A DNA stretch of 64,000 nucleotides from an uncultured Chloroflexota bacterium. Lineage in GTDB: Bacteria; Chloroflexota; Limnocylindria; Limnocylindrales; CSP1-4. Position 1 is the stretch's first letter. The number at the start of each line of letters is the position of its first letter. The stretch lies in contig CAIJPD010000043.1 in NCBI GenBank assembly GCA_903822495.1, positions 46 through 64,045 of the forward strand, given 5' to 3'. The position numbers and the translations under genes were made by a program. Of the stretch, positions 1 to 10,177 are shown piece by piece. Below the pieces are notes generated by a model. That model was given only the letters and a program-made list of their open reading frames with translations, was not told the DNA's origin and searched no databases.

Positions 1-3
1 TGC

Positions 4-87
4 GCCGGACTGACCAACGGCGCGTGATTGACCGCCGCGCGCGATCGTCCGCGGTGCCGGACTGACCTACGGCGCGTGATTGACCGC
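4..87. repeat. Two 32-bp direct repeats GCCGGACTGACC(A/T)ACGGCGCGTGATTGACCGC separated by 20 bp
   Basis: Copies at 4-35 and 56-87 differ at one position. The array may continue beyond the left window edge. Confidence 0.85.
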
Positions 88-159
88 GGCCCCGCCCGGG
101 GCGTGAGCGAGGCCGCGGGGCGCGGCGACTGGGGCGACCAGCTGGCTGGCGTCCCCGAA

Positions 160-387
160 CTACGCGCGGATCTTCCGCCGGGCCATCTCGCCCTCGATCT
201 GCCGCTCGGCCTCGACATACCGGTCGATCTCGACCCGGACCTGGTTGGCCTCCGGCGTGTAGAGGTGCACCTGCTGCTGCAGGATGTAACTCAATCGCCG
301 GCTGGTCATCCGGACATGGTCGAGGTTCTTCATGAGGACCAGCGGATCCATGGCCGCCAGGTCCCCCGGGTCGTACATCTGCTGCAT
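160..387 (-). CDS. Small hypothetical protein (75 aa)
   Basis: ATG-start ORF with protein-like composition and GC3-biased codons, unlike the overlapping shadow ORFs. Confidence 0.75.
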   Translation of the reverse strand: MQQMYDPGDLAAMDPLVLMKNLDHVRMTSRRLSYILQQQVHLYTPEANQVRVEIDRYVEAERQIEGEMARRKIRA

Positions 388-507
388 GGGCGCATTCTAG
401 ATCGACCGCCCGGCCCGCGACGGCCGGTTCGACGGATGCCGCCTCGATGGCCCGGGATACCGGCCAAGCGGCGAGGTGGACAGGTGGTCACCGCGCCGGC
501 GACCGGC

Positions 508-545
508 GGCGGGAGGCGGGAGGCGGGAGCCGGGAGGCGGGAGGC
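508..545 (+). repeat. Heptamer tandem repeat (GGCGGGA)x5, G-quadruplex-like
   Basis: GGCGGGA GGCGGGA GGCGGGA GCCGGGA GGCGGGA GGC read directly; intergenic. Confidence 0.8.
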
Positions 546-549
546 AGCC

Positions 550-867
550 CTACGCTCCTGCGGCTGCCGGACGCGCTGAGGGTCGAGCCCGGACGCGCGC
601 CGGCTCAGGCTGGCGTTCAGCGCCTCTCTCGGCGACGACGCGGACGGTGAGGGCGGCCAGGGCCGGCATCTCGAACAGGGTCAGGCCGATACCCACGGTC
701 GCCAGCTCCGTCGAGGTCCAGCCCTTGTACAGCCCGCGCGCAGCAACGGCGCACATCTCGTCGTACAGCTCCGGCCAGCCGATGCGACGGCGCTGATAGC
801 AGAACCGGACGAACTCCATGGCCTCCGTCGCGGGGTCGAAGTCGTGGGCGCCGCGGACGGGGTTCAT
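550..867 (-). CDS. Hypothetical protein (~105 aa)
   Basis: ATG at 867 is preceded by an AGGAGG RBS. Protein-like core: MEFVRFCYQRRRIGWPELYDEMCAVAARG. Confidence 0.7.
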   Translation of the reverse strand: MNPVRGAHDFDPATEAMEFVRFCYQRRRIGWPELYDEMCAVAARGLYKGWTSTELATVGIGLTLFEMPALAALTVRVVAERGAERQPEPARVRARPSARPAAAGA

Positions 868-1038
868 GGACTGACTGCCTCCTGATCGTGGGCGTGACAA
901 ACCAGTCCGGTGGGGCTTGGCAGGGTGGGCCGAGCGCCGGGCGCGGGGGTGCTTGGGCTGTCGGTGCGTCCACTCCGCTCCTGGGTCGGCGACCAACAAA
1001 GGCTATGGTAGGTGGGTGGCGGGAGCCGGGGTAGGGGT

Positions 1039-1071
1039 TTCTCCACCATCTCGTCCACCAACTTATCCACA
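1039..1071 (+). promoter_or_regulatory. Perfect DnaA box TTATCCACA with two degenerate copies at 12-bp period
   Basis: TTCTCCACC 1039-1047, TCGTCCACC 1051-1059, TTATCCACA 1063-1071. Confidence 0.4.
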
Positions 1072-1132
1072 CCCCTCGCGGGCCGTGCGACAAGGCCGGG
1101 CTGCGTCCACGGGGACCCCGTATCGGTCCCCG

Positions 1133-1172
1133 GAAAGCAGAACGCCCCCGCAGGTCCACGACCCCGGAGGCG
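1133..1172 (-). terminator. Intrinsic terminator after tRNA-Glu
   Basis: Minus-strand hairpin CGCCTCCG-GGGTC...GACCT-GCGGGGGCG followed by TTCTGCTTTC. Confidence 0.6.
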
Positions 1173-1189
1173 CCTGGCGAGAGTGGCAT

Positions 1190-1266
1190 TGGTACCGCAT
1201 ACCGGATTCGAACCGGTGGTCTCCGCCTTGAGAGGGCGGTGTCCTGGGCCTCTAGACGAATGCGGC
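1190..1266 (-). tRNA. tRNA-Glu (anticodon CTC)
   Basis: Reverse complement is GCCGCATTCGTCTAGAGGCCCAGGACACCGCCCTCTCAAGGCGGAGACCACCGGTTCGAATCCGGTATGCGGTACCA. It has an acceptor stem, anticodon arm CCGCC-CTCTCAA-GGCGG, a TTCGAA T-loop and a CCA end. Confidence 0.97.
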
Positions 1267-1309
1267 GAGATCCTTGATTCCGCCCTGACCGTGGGGGGAT
1301 CGGCCCCGG

Positions 1310-1339
1310 ATGATACCAGCGTCGGGCCCGCCCCGGCAA
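1310..1339 (-). promoter_or_regulatory. Putative sigma70 promoter of tRNA-Glu
   Basis: TTGCCG-18 bp-TATCAT with an extended -10 TG on the minus strand. Confidence 0.5.
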
Positions 1340-1383
1340 ACCGCCGGAGCACTGCGCCGGTCAGCGGCTACGCCGCGCCCGGG

Positions 1384-2277
1384 CTAGAGCCGGTGGGTCT
1401 CCAGGAAGGCCCGGATGACCTCCGCCACCTGCTGGTAGCCCGATTCGGCCATCACCAGCCCGTAGTGCGAGTGGGCGGCGAATGGCTCGTACTGAGCATC
1501 GAGCAAGGCGGCAAGCTGGGCCGACGTGGACTCCGGGACGTACTGGTCGAGGCCGGCGCCGATCACCAGCTTGGGCACCGATTCCAGCACCCGACGATCG
1601 AGGGAAATGCCCTGAAGCACCTGGCGCCGAGCCACGCCCGATTCGAACGGCTTCTGGCCCAGCAGGTGCTGGATCCGAAGAACATCCGCGAGGCTCAGGT
1701 CACGATGGTCGCGCTGCAACTTCTCCGGAAGCGTCTCCCAGCCGATCATCGCCTTGCCGAACAACTCGGGAATCTCGCGGAGCTCATGGATGCGTGCAGG
1801 CACGCGCAGGTCGCGCGGCGGCTCGGCGGAGAGAAGGATCAGACCCGCGGTTGGCATCCGCTCCGCGGCCTTGAGTGCGAGCAGGCCGCCCATCCCGTGA
1901 CCGACGACCACAACCGTCGGCCCGACCCGGGCCATGACCGCGGCGACATCCTCGAGGTAGGAGTCGAAGGAGAGCTCGCCCCCGGACGCCGATTGACTCC
2001 AGTAGTGGTTACGCAGGTTGAGCGCGTGACCCTCCCAGCCCCGGCCGGCGAAGTAGCCCAGGTAGCGCTCCCAGAGCCACGATCCCCCGAGCTCCCCGTG
2101 GACGAACAGCAGCGGCTTGCGGCGCGAACGGCGCTCCGGCAACCACGACTCCACGTAGATGCCACGCTCGGCGATCTCGATCTCGTCCTTGCGCACCGGG
2201 CGACCATCGCCCACCGTCGAGCGGGCCCGGTTGAGCATCTGCTCGGGGGTCGTATCCGTCACACCATCACCACTCAA
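1384..2277 (-). CDS. Alpha/beta hydrolase fold protein lacking the catalytic Ser
   Basis: PLLFVHG motif, nucleophile elbow VVGHGMGG (Gly at the Ser position), GAGLDQ and AHSHYG. Confidence 0.85.
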   Translation of the reverse strand: MSGDGVTDTTPEQMLNRARSTVGDGRPVRKDEIEIAERGIYVESWLPERRSRRKPLLFVHGELGGSWLWERYLGYFAGRGWEGHALNLRNHYWSQSASGGELSFDSYLEDVAAVMARVGPTVVVVGHGMGGLLALKAAERMPTAGLILLSAEPPRDLRVPARIHELREIPELFGKAMIGWETLPEKLQRDHRDLSLADVLRIQHLLGQKPFESGVARRQVLQGISLDRRVLESVPKLVIGAGLDQYVPESTSAQLAALLDAQYEPFAAHSHYGLVMAESGYQQVAEVIRAFLETHRL

Positions 2278-3598
2278 GGGGGTTGACCACGAGGCCGGTG
2301 AGGGCCTTGGGGTAGAAGTACGTCGACTTCTGGGGCATCACGTCGCCATCCTGCGCCACGGCGGCGATGTCCGGGACCGGCGTGGGCTCCAGCAGGAAGG
2401 CCATGTCGGCGCCGTCGACGCGAGCATCGACCCAGCCGACCGCCTCGTCGGCGGACTTGGTGTACGAGACCCGCTCGCCGCCGGCCAGCGCCGCGGCGTC
2501 GATGCGGAAGAGCTTGTCCAGCGCGGCGGCCAGGAGGGAGACGTCAAGCCGCCGGAGCGCAGCCCCGCCGACGGGGAGGATCGCCTCGAACGCCTCGCGG
2601 CGCGCGGTCAACAGTGCGCCGCCGGTCCGGGTCCACAGCCCGAAACGGCCCGCGCCACCTGCGGCCAGACCGGCCGCCCCAAAGACCCGGCGGAGCTCTT
2701 CGGCCGGGATCCCCGTCTGCACATCGAACAGCGAGCCAAGCTCCGCTACGACCCGGGCCACACCCTCATCACCGACGCCGCGAACCACCCGGTGCGTTGG
2801 CAGGACGGTGAGCGAGCCGCTGGTGGTCTCCAGGAGCAGCATCAGGAGGAAGTCGAACGCGGGGTCCTCCTCGCCCGAGCGCGGCGTCCGGCGCTCATCG
2901 CGATAGCGGATCGCCGTCTCGTAGCGATGGTGGCCGTCGGCGATGGTGACAGTGGTTCCGCCGAGGATGCGGACCAGCTCCGCGACTGACCCCGCCGGGG
3001 TGCCGTCGTCCACCAGCTGCCAGAGGCGATGGCGGACCCCGTCGTCGTCCACGACGTCCGAGACCGGGGCACCCTGGGTCGCCTCGGCCACGATCTGGGC
3101 CGCGCGGCCGGCGGGATCCGAGTAGAGGCCCACGACCGGGCTGATGTTCACGCCGGTGGCCCGCAGCAGCTTGTAGCGGTCCTCCTTGGGACCGGACAGC
3201 GTGCGCTCGTGCGGGAGGACCGCTGAGCCGGGCCCAAACGGCTCCAGGCGCAGCCGGGCGAAGAACCCGCGGGACGTCCGCTCGACCGTGGTTCCCGGGA
3301 CCGTGTAGGTCTGCTCATACACATACAGCGCGGGGCGGGGGTCCCTGTGCAGGACGCCCGTGGTGCGCCACTCCCCGAGGAGGCGTGCGGCGCGGCGGTA
3401 GCGATCATCGGGCTGGTCGCCCTGCTCGTCGATGGGCAGTTCCACCCGGATGACGTTGCGGGGATCGCGCTCAACGAGGCGTCGGCGCTGCTCGGCAGAG
3501 ACGACGTCGTAGGGCGGCGCGATGACCCGCGACAGGTCGGAAACGACGTCCGGCGCGTAGCGGAGCGCGCGGAACGGGCGAATCTGCGGCACGGACAC
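2267..3598 (-). CDS. DUF1015 family protein
   Basis: Motifs IRPFRALRY, APPYDV, LPHERT, IADGHHRYETA and MPQKSTYFYPK. Confidence 0.92.
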   Translation of the reverse strand: MSVPQIRPFRALRYAPDVVSDLSRVIAPPYDVVSAEQRRRLVERDPRNVIRVELPIDEQGDQPDDRYRRAARLLGEWRTTGVLHRDPRPALYVYEQTYTVPGTTVERTSRGFFARLRLEPFGPGSAVLPHERTLSGPKEDRYKLLRATGVNISPVVGLYSDPAGRAAQIVAEATQGAPVSDVVDDDGVRHRLWQLVDDGTPAGSVAELVRILGGTTVTIADGHHRYETAIRYRDERRTPRSGEEDPAFDFLLMLLLETTSGSLTVLPTHRVVRGVGDEGVARVVAELGSLFDVQTGIPAEELRRVFGAAGLAAGGAGRFGLWTRTGGALLTARREAFEAILPVGGAALRRLDVSLLAAALDKLFRIDAAALAGGERVSYTKSADEAVGWVDARVDGADMAFLLEPTPVPDIAAVAQDGDVMPQKSTYFYPKALTGLVVNPLEW

Positions 3599-3763
3599 TC
3601 CCGGCTGGGTCGTTGCGCACGCACGCGCGGACGGGCAATTCAGGACCCCGCCATCCTACGACAGCCGTGGGCCCCACGCCTCCTCGGCGGCGATCACGGC
3701 CGAGATCCGCGCCGACCCCACCGGCCGGCCGGTGGGGTCGCGACCATGGCGATCCCGATCGCG

Positions 3764-4873
<1,110 letters not shown>

Positions 4874-5058
4874 CGCGGGCACTCCCTCTCGGCCGTCCGG
4901 CTCGGCGCGGGTCCCTGTATCTGCCGGCCACGAGGGCTGGCTGGACGGACCCCATACGCGAGACCGGCTCGACGGGCGCATCGTAGCAAGTCAAGGGCGG
5001 CTGCCGGGGAGATCGACCCGATCGCCGACCGGTCACGCCCGGCGCCTCCGCACGGGTC

Positions 5059-5087
5059 TTGACACAGCACAGCCCGGCCCGTACCTT
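5059..5087 (+). promoter_or_regulatory. sigma70 promoter of the lacI-sugar ABC operon
   Basis: TTGACA (5059-5064), 17-bp spacer, TACCTT (5082-5087). Confidence 0.75.
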
Positions 5088-5089
5088 GT

Positions 5090-5116
5090 GCAAACCGGTT
5101 TGCTAAACCGGTTTGT
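5090..5116. promoter_or_regulatory. Tandem LacI-family operators
   Basis: Perfect palindrome GCAAACCGGTTTGC (5090-5103) followed by CTAAACCGGTTTGT (5103-5116). They overlap the predicted TSS and lie next to a LacI gene. Confidence 0.8.
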
Positions 5117-5180
5117 GCGGTGTATGGATTTGCCGGCGCGTTGCCCGGCGTGAACATGGACTGCTGCTGGAAGGGCGAGG

Positions 5181-6269
5181 TTGTCGTTGGCGGAGCGGAC
5201 GGGTCGAACGCGAATCTCGGACGTGGCGCTCGGTGCGGGAGTCTCCAAGACCACCGTGTCGTTCGCGTTCAACAGCCCGGAACGCGTCGCCCCGGAGACC
5301 GTTGAGCGGATCCGGGAGGTGGCCCGCCAGATGGGCTACGAGCCGCATCCTGTCGCCCGCATGCTCGCGCAGCGGCGGACCTACACCATCGGCCTGCTGA
5401 CGCCCCAGCCGCTCGCCTCCATGTTCGCCAATCCCTTCTTCGGCAGCTTCAGCGAGGGCGTGGCCAGGGTCGCAGAAGCCGAGGGCTTTGGCCTCCACTT
5501 CATCTCCCCGGTCCAGGGTTCACTGGCGCGCGCCGTCAACCGGGCGACGGTGGACGGGGTCGTCGCGATCGGCCTGTCCGGCGACCATCCCGAGATCGAG
5601 CAGATCCGCCAGGCCGGGCTGCCCATGGTCCTCGTGGACTCCTCGGCCTTCGACGGCCAGGGTGTCATCGACATCGACGACGAGCACGCGGCGGGCCAGG
5701 CGGCAGCCCACCTCCTGGGCCTTGGCCATCGCGACTTCCTCGCCATTGCGGTGGAGCCACCCTACCAACAGACTCGCCTGGACCCCGAAGGGGTCATGGG
5801 CCGCCGCCTCCGCGGCTACCGGGCCACCCTCGCGCTGGCGGGCGTTGAGCTGCCCGACTCGGCCGTCCTGACCAGCCCGGCCTCCATCCACGGCGGCGTT
5901 TCCACGTTTCTCGCCGCCTGGTCGGCCGGGCACCGCCCCACGGGCGTGCTCGCCATGAGCGACGGCATCGCGATCGGAGTCATCCAGGCGGCGCGCCGCC
6001 TCGGCCTCCACGTCCCGGAGGACCTCAGCGTCGTGGGCTTCGATGACATCGAACTCGCGGCCCTCGTCGATCCCCCCCTCACCACCATCCACCAGCCCAT
6101 CCGGGAGAAGGGCGAGCAGGCCGCCCGCCTGCTCCTCGCCGGCCTCTCGGGACGTGGTGGCACCCAGCTCCAGTCCCTGCGGCTGGAGACCCACCTCATC
6201 GTTCGCGCGTCGAGCGCACCTGCGCCCCGCGCGCGAAAGGAGGTGGCTCCGATCCAGTCACCCCGGTGA
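5181..6269 (+). CDS. LacI family transcriptional regulator
   Basis: HTH ISDVALGAGVSKTTVSFAFN, plus VPEDLSVVGFDD and PPLTTIHQP. Confidence 0.95.
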   Translation: MSLAERTGRTRISDVALGAGVSKTTVSFAFNSPERVAPETVERIREVARQMGYEPHPVARMLAQRRTYTIGLLTPQPLASMFANPFFGSFSEGVARVAEAEGFGLHFISPVQGSLARAVNRATVDGVVAIGLSGDHPEIEQIRQAGLPMVLVDSSAFDGQGVIDIDDEHAAGQAAAHLLGLGHRDFLAIAVEPPYQQTRLDPEGVMGRRLRGYRATLALAGVELPDSAVLTSPASIHGGVSTFLAAWSAGHRPTGVLAMSDGIAIGVIQAARRLGLHVPEDLSVVGFDDIELAALVDPPLTTIHQPIREKGEQAARLLLAGLSGRGGTQLQSLRLETHLIVRASSAPAPRARKEVAPIQSPR

Positions 6270-6351
6270 CCATGCCGGTCAGCGGTGTCGTCCAGGCACT
6301 CGCCGGCGCGCGTCGCCCGAAGATCAGCGGAAGAAGGAGGAGCTCCAGACA

Positions 6352-7563
6352 ATGCATAGTGGAAGCAAGTTCATCACTCTGGCCACCGCCGCCGCCATCG
6401 CTCTCGCAGCGTGTACAAGCAGCGCCACCCCCGCGCCGACGTCGGCTCCGGCGGCCGCCGCGCTCAAGGGCGCGCTGACCGTCTGGCACTCGTACGGCTC
6501 CGGTGCCGGCACCGAGGCCGCGGCCCTCAAGACCGTGACCGACAAGATCAGCAAGGCCAATGGGGACCTCAAGCTGACGATCCAGGACGTCAAGTTCGAC
6601 GACCTGTTCAAGAAGTTCGAGCTCGAGGCCGCCTCCGGCGGCGGGCCCGACCTCTTCATCGCGCCCAACGACAGCCTCGGCAAGGAAGCCCGCGCCGGCC
6701 TGTTCAAGGACATCACTGCACAGCTGACGGGCAAGCTCCCGAACGCCTCGCAGGTCTCCATCGACGGCAGCAAGGTCGATGGCAAGTTCTACATGGTGCC
6801 CGAGTCCCTCAAGGCCGTGGCCATGTACTACGACAAGAGCAAGGTCACGACCGCGCCCGCCACGACCGACGATCTCCTCAAGGCCGTCAAGGCCGGGACC
6901 GTCAAGGCCGGCTTCGACGCCCACAGCTCGTACCACAGCTTCGGCTGGTGGGCGGCCTTCGGCGGCCAGCTGATGGACGCCAGCGGCAAGTGCACCGCCG
7001 ACACCACCGGTGTCGCGGACGCCTACAAGTACTTCCAGGACCTCCAGGCAGCCGGCGCCAAGTGGTACGACAAGTACGACGACCTCGCCGCTGACTTCAA
7101 GTCCGGCAAGATCAACCTGATCGTCGACGGCCCATGGGCCTCCGGCGGCTACAAGGAAGCCCTCAAGGACAACCTCGCGGTCGCGCCGATGCCGGCCGGC
7201 CCCAAGGGCCCCAGCAAGCCCCTCACGGGCGTCGACGGCTGGTACATCAACAGCAACAGCAAGAACGCTGACGTCGCGATCGCCTTTGCCCTCGAGATGG
7301 TCAAGGCCGAGAACGAGCAGGTCTTCGTCGACACCGCCGGCCACATCCCGGCCGACACCACCATCAAGATCAGCGACCCCATCACCCTGAAGTTCGGCGA
7401 AGCGGTGAAGAATGGCTTCCCGCGCCCGCAGATCGCGGCGCTCGACAACTTCTGGGGCAACTTCGACAACGCCCTCGCGCTCGTGATCCAGAAGAACACG
7501 GATGCGAAGACGGCCGCGACCGACGCGTGCACCGCGATGAACAAGGCCAACAACATCAAGTAG
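6352..7563 (+). CDS. Sugar ABC substrate-binding lipoprotein (MalE/cyclodextrin/arabinogalactan-oligomer-like)
   Basis: AAGGAGG RBS, lipobox LAAC, GPDLFIAPND and DGPWA. Confidence 0.9.
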   Translation: MHSGSKFITLATAAAIALAACTSSATPAPTSAPAAAALKGALTVWHSYGSGAGTEAAALKTVTDKISKANGDLKLTIQDVKFDDLFKKFELEAASGGGPDLFIAPNDSLGKEARAGLFKDITAQLTGKLPNASQVSIDGSKVDGKFYMVPESLKAVAMYYDKSKVTTAPATTDDLLKAVKAGTVKAGFDAHSSYHSFGWWAAFGGQLMDASGKCTADTTGVADAYKYFQDLQAAGAKWYDKYDDLAADFKSGKINLIVDGPWASGGYKEALKDNLAVAPMPAGPKGPSKPLTGVDGWYINSNSKNADVAIAFALEMVKAENEQVFVDTAGHIPADTTIKISDPITLKFGEAVKNGFPRPQIAALDNFWGNFDNALALVIQKNTDAKTAATDACTAMNKANNIK

Positions 7564-7568
7564 CGACC

Positions 7569-7605
7569 ACGAAGGAGGCGCCGGCACCGCCGGCGCCTCC
7601 TTCGT
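7569..7605 (+). terminator. 17-bp perfect hairpin after the SBP gene (partial terminator or mRNA stabiliser)
   Basis: ACGAAGGAGGCGCCGGC-ACC-GCCGGCGCCTCCTTCGT followed by TTAT. Confidence 0.75.
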
Positions 7606-7712
7606 TTATCCGTCTTGTGGCCGGGCCCGCCCGGCCGGATACTCATGATCGGCCGACAGCGGGCCCAGCCGGCGGCCCACGACGCCAGCCACCAATGACC
7701 ACGAGGGTTGGG

Positions 7713-8720
7713 ATGAGCGCACCCGTGATCACAGCCGCCGCCCCGGGGCGGCGCCGGCGCCGGTTCTCCCCGGATGCCAGGACGGCCCTCCTCTATCTGG
7801 CGCCGGCGTTCGCCGTGATGGGGATCATCACCTTCTACCCGCTGCTCTTCCAGACCTGGATGTCCTTCACGGACTTCGGGCTCAAGAACCTCTCGGGCAA
7901 GATCGCGCCGAACGGCGTGGGCATCGACAACTACGTGCGGATCGCCGAGAGCGAGCTGAACATCCCCAACTTCGAGTTCCTTCGGCTGCTCTTCTTCAAC
8001 CTGTTCTGGGCGTTCTCGAACGTCGTGATCCACGTCATCCTCGGCGTCGGGATCGCGCTGATCCTGAACACCAAGGGGCTCAAGTTCCGCGGCATCTACC
8101 GCGCCCTGTTCATCCTCCCGGTCATCATCCCGCCGATCATCGTGGCGACGGTCTGGCGCAACCTCTTTGACCAGGACAACGGCGCATTCAACATGGTCCT
8201 CGCGGGGATCGGCGTCCTGTTCAAGATCCCGCCGGACGCGTTCAAGATCGACTGGCTCGGCCAGCCCGACGACCCGTTCTCGTTCATCCCGCTGCCGCTC
8301 GCCTACTTCGCCCTGCTGGCGGCCAACACCTGGCTCGGCTGGCCGATGAACTCGGTGGTCGCCACGGGAGCCCTCCAGAGCATCCCGCCCGACCTGTACG
8401 AGGCCGCCGAGATCGACGGCGCCAACCGGTGGCAGAAGTTCCGGACGGTGACGCTCCCGTTCCTCCGGCCCGCGATGGTGCCGTACGCGATCTACGGCTT
8501 CGTGATCACGTTCAACCTCTTCTACCTGTCGTTCTTCATGTCGGGGGGTGGCCCGTTCGGACGGACCGAGCTGTTCGTGACACAGGCCTACAAGCTGGTC
8601 AACGACTTCCAGCTGTACGGGGTCGCGGCCGCCTTCTCGGTCTACATGTTCTTCATCCTGATGGTGCTAACCCTCATCACCAACCGGCTGGCCAGGGCCA
8701 CCGCGAGCTATGCGGACTGA
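7713..8720 (+). CDS. Sugar ABC permease (MalF-like)
   Basis: TM helices and EAA motif LYEAAEIDGA. Start may be 7695 or 7713. Confidence 0.92.
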   Translation: MSAPVITAAAPGRRRRRFSPDARTALLYLAPAFAVMGIITFYPLLFQTWMSFTDFGLKNLSGKIAPNGVGIDNYVRIAESELNIPNFEFLRLLFFNLFWAFSNVVIHVILGVGIALILNTKGLKFRGIYRALFILPVIIPPIIVATVWRNLFDQDNGAFNMVLAGIGVLFKIPPDAFKIDWLGQPDDPFSFIPLPLAYFALLAANTWLGWPMNSVVATGALQSIPPDLYEAAEIDGANRWQKFRTVTLPFLRPAMVPYAIYGFVITFNLFYLSFFMSGGGPFGRTELFVTQAYKLVNDFQLYGVAAAFSVYMFFILMVLTLITNRLARATASYAD

Positions 8721-8783
8721 GGCACTGACGATGCACAACGCGACACGGCACCTGGAGCACGGCACGACACGGGAGGTGCGGTC

Positions 8784-9722
8784 ATGACCGCGCTCAGCCA
8801 GGTTCGGGATCAGCTTCGCAAGCCAAAGGAGATCAAGGAGGCGGAGCCCCGGCTGCCCCTCCGCACCCAGATCGCCCTCCAGCTGGCCTGCGTGTTCATC
8901 ACGCTGACCGTGCTCTTCCCGATCCTGTGGATCTTCGCGCTGGCGCTCGATCCGCGGAACATCTCGCGGCCGGACGGGCTGATCCCGCCGGGTGCGTCGC
9001 TGGCCGCGTTCGCCCGCGTTCTTGCGCGGCCGACGTCCGACGAGATCGGGTTTCTCGAGCTCGCGCGGAACAGCTTCGTGCTCGCGTCGAGCGTGGCGCT
9101 CTTCTCGGTGCTCATCGGCGTGCTGGCGGCCTACGCGTTCTCACGCCTCCGCTTCCGCGGCCGCGAGGCGCTGATGATCGCCGTGCTGGGCGTGCTGATG
9201 CTGCCGGCGGTGGCCACGATCGCGCCGCTCTTCATCATGCTCAACAGCGTCCGCGTCGAGCTGCCCATCCTGGGCCAGTTCAACCTCCGCCAATCGCTGG
9301 TGGGCGTGGCCTTCGCGGTCATCTCCGGGGCGCTGCCGTTCGCGATCTGGAACCTCAAGGGCTACCTCGACACGATCCCCAAGGAGCTGGAGGAGGCCGC
9401 CGCGGTCGACGGCGCCACGCGGAACCAGTCCTTCTTCCAGGTGGTCCTGCCCCTGGCGATGCCGGCGCTGGCAGTCACCGCGTTCCTGGGCTTCGTCTCC
9501 GGCTGGACCGAGTTCTACTTCGTCTCGATCTTCCTCAACGATCCGTCGCAGGGCTTCACGCTCTCGCTGGCGCTCAACAAGATGGTCGGCGCGTTCGGCC
9601 AGACACCCTGGTCGGACTTCGCGGCCTTCTCGATCCTGTTCGCGGCGCCGGTCTCCGTGGTGTTCTTCTTCTTCCAGAAATACATCGTCGGCGGCCTGGC
9701 CATCGGCGGCGTCAAGGGCTAG
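8784..9722 (+). CDS. Sugar ABC permease (MalG-like)
   Basis: KGYLDTIPKELEEAAAVDGA and C-terminal GGVKG. Confidence 0.93.
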   Translation: MTALSQVRDQLRKPKEIKEAEPRLPLRTQIALQLACVFITLTVLFPILWIFALALDPRNISRPDGLIPPGASLAAFARVLARPTSDEIGFLELARNSFVLASSVALFSVLIGVLAAYAFSRLRFRGREALMIAVLGVLMLPAVATIAPLFIMLNSVRVELPILGQFNLRQSLVGVAFAVISGALPFAIWNLKGYLDTIPKELEEAAAVDGATRNQSFFQVVLPLAMPALAVTAFLGFVSGWTEFYFVSIFLNDPSQGFTLSLALNKMVGAFGQTPWSDFAAFSILFAAPVSVVFFFFQKYIVGGLAIGGVKG

Positions 9723-9746
9723 GCCTGGACCCCGGAGGGCGGCGAG

Positions 9747-10124
9747 ATGCCGTTCCCATTCCTGCCCCTGGGCGCGGCGCTCGCGCTGACCGTGCTGGGT
9801 GGCGCCTTCGCCCTGTTCAGCGTCCTCCTGCACCTCGCGGACCGCGCCGCCCTGGCGGCCCGCGACTCGGTGGCGCCCGGCCTGATCGCCGGGTGGCGCC
9901 GATGGGGCCCGGATTCGTCGCCAGCCCGGGCGACCTCCCCGCAGCCCGGAGAGCCGCCCGCGCTGGTGGCCTTCCAGCCGTCTCGAGCCACACACCGGGA
10001 GGCCGGTCCCGGCGAGGTCGGGAGTCCCGATGAGCAGGAGAACACGGCCGGGGCCATCATGGAGGAGCTGCCCAACCCGGCGGCCGCGGACGTCCCGGTG
10101 CATCGCCTGCATCCCCGCCGTTGA
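9747..10124 (+). CDS. Hypothetical membrane-anchored protein
   Basis: N-terminal hydrophobic helix; co-oriented after the permease. Confidence 0.55.
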   Translation: MPFPFLPLGAALALTVLGGAFALFSVLLHLADRAALAARDSVAPGLIAGWRRWGPDSSPARATSPQPGEPPALVAFQPSRATHREAGPGEVGSPDEQENTAGAIMEELPNPAAADVPVHRLHPRR

Positions 10125-10177
10125 ACCCGGCCGGTCGCCCAGGGCGGGTCGCTCGGCGGGGTGGTAGCCTCGACCAC

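Noticed and set aside
4-87. CRISPR array
   Set aside because: Only two repeats, a short 20-bp spacer and no cas genes in the window. Kept only as an unexplained repeat.
1-1266. Integrative element at tRNA-Glu
   Set aside because: No integrase and no duplicated tRNA 3' end seen in the window.
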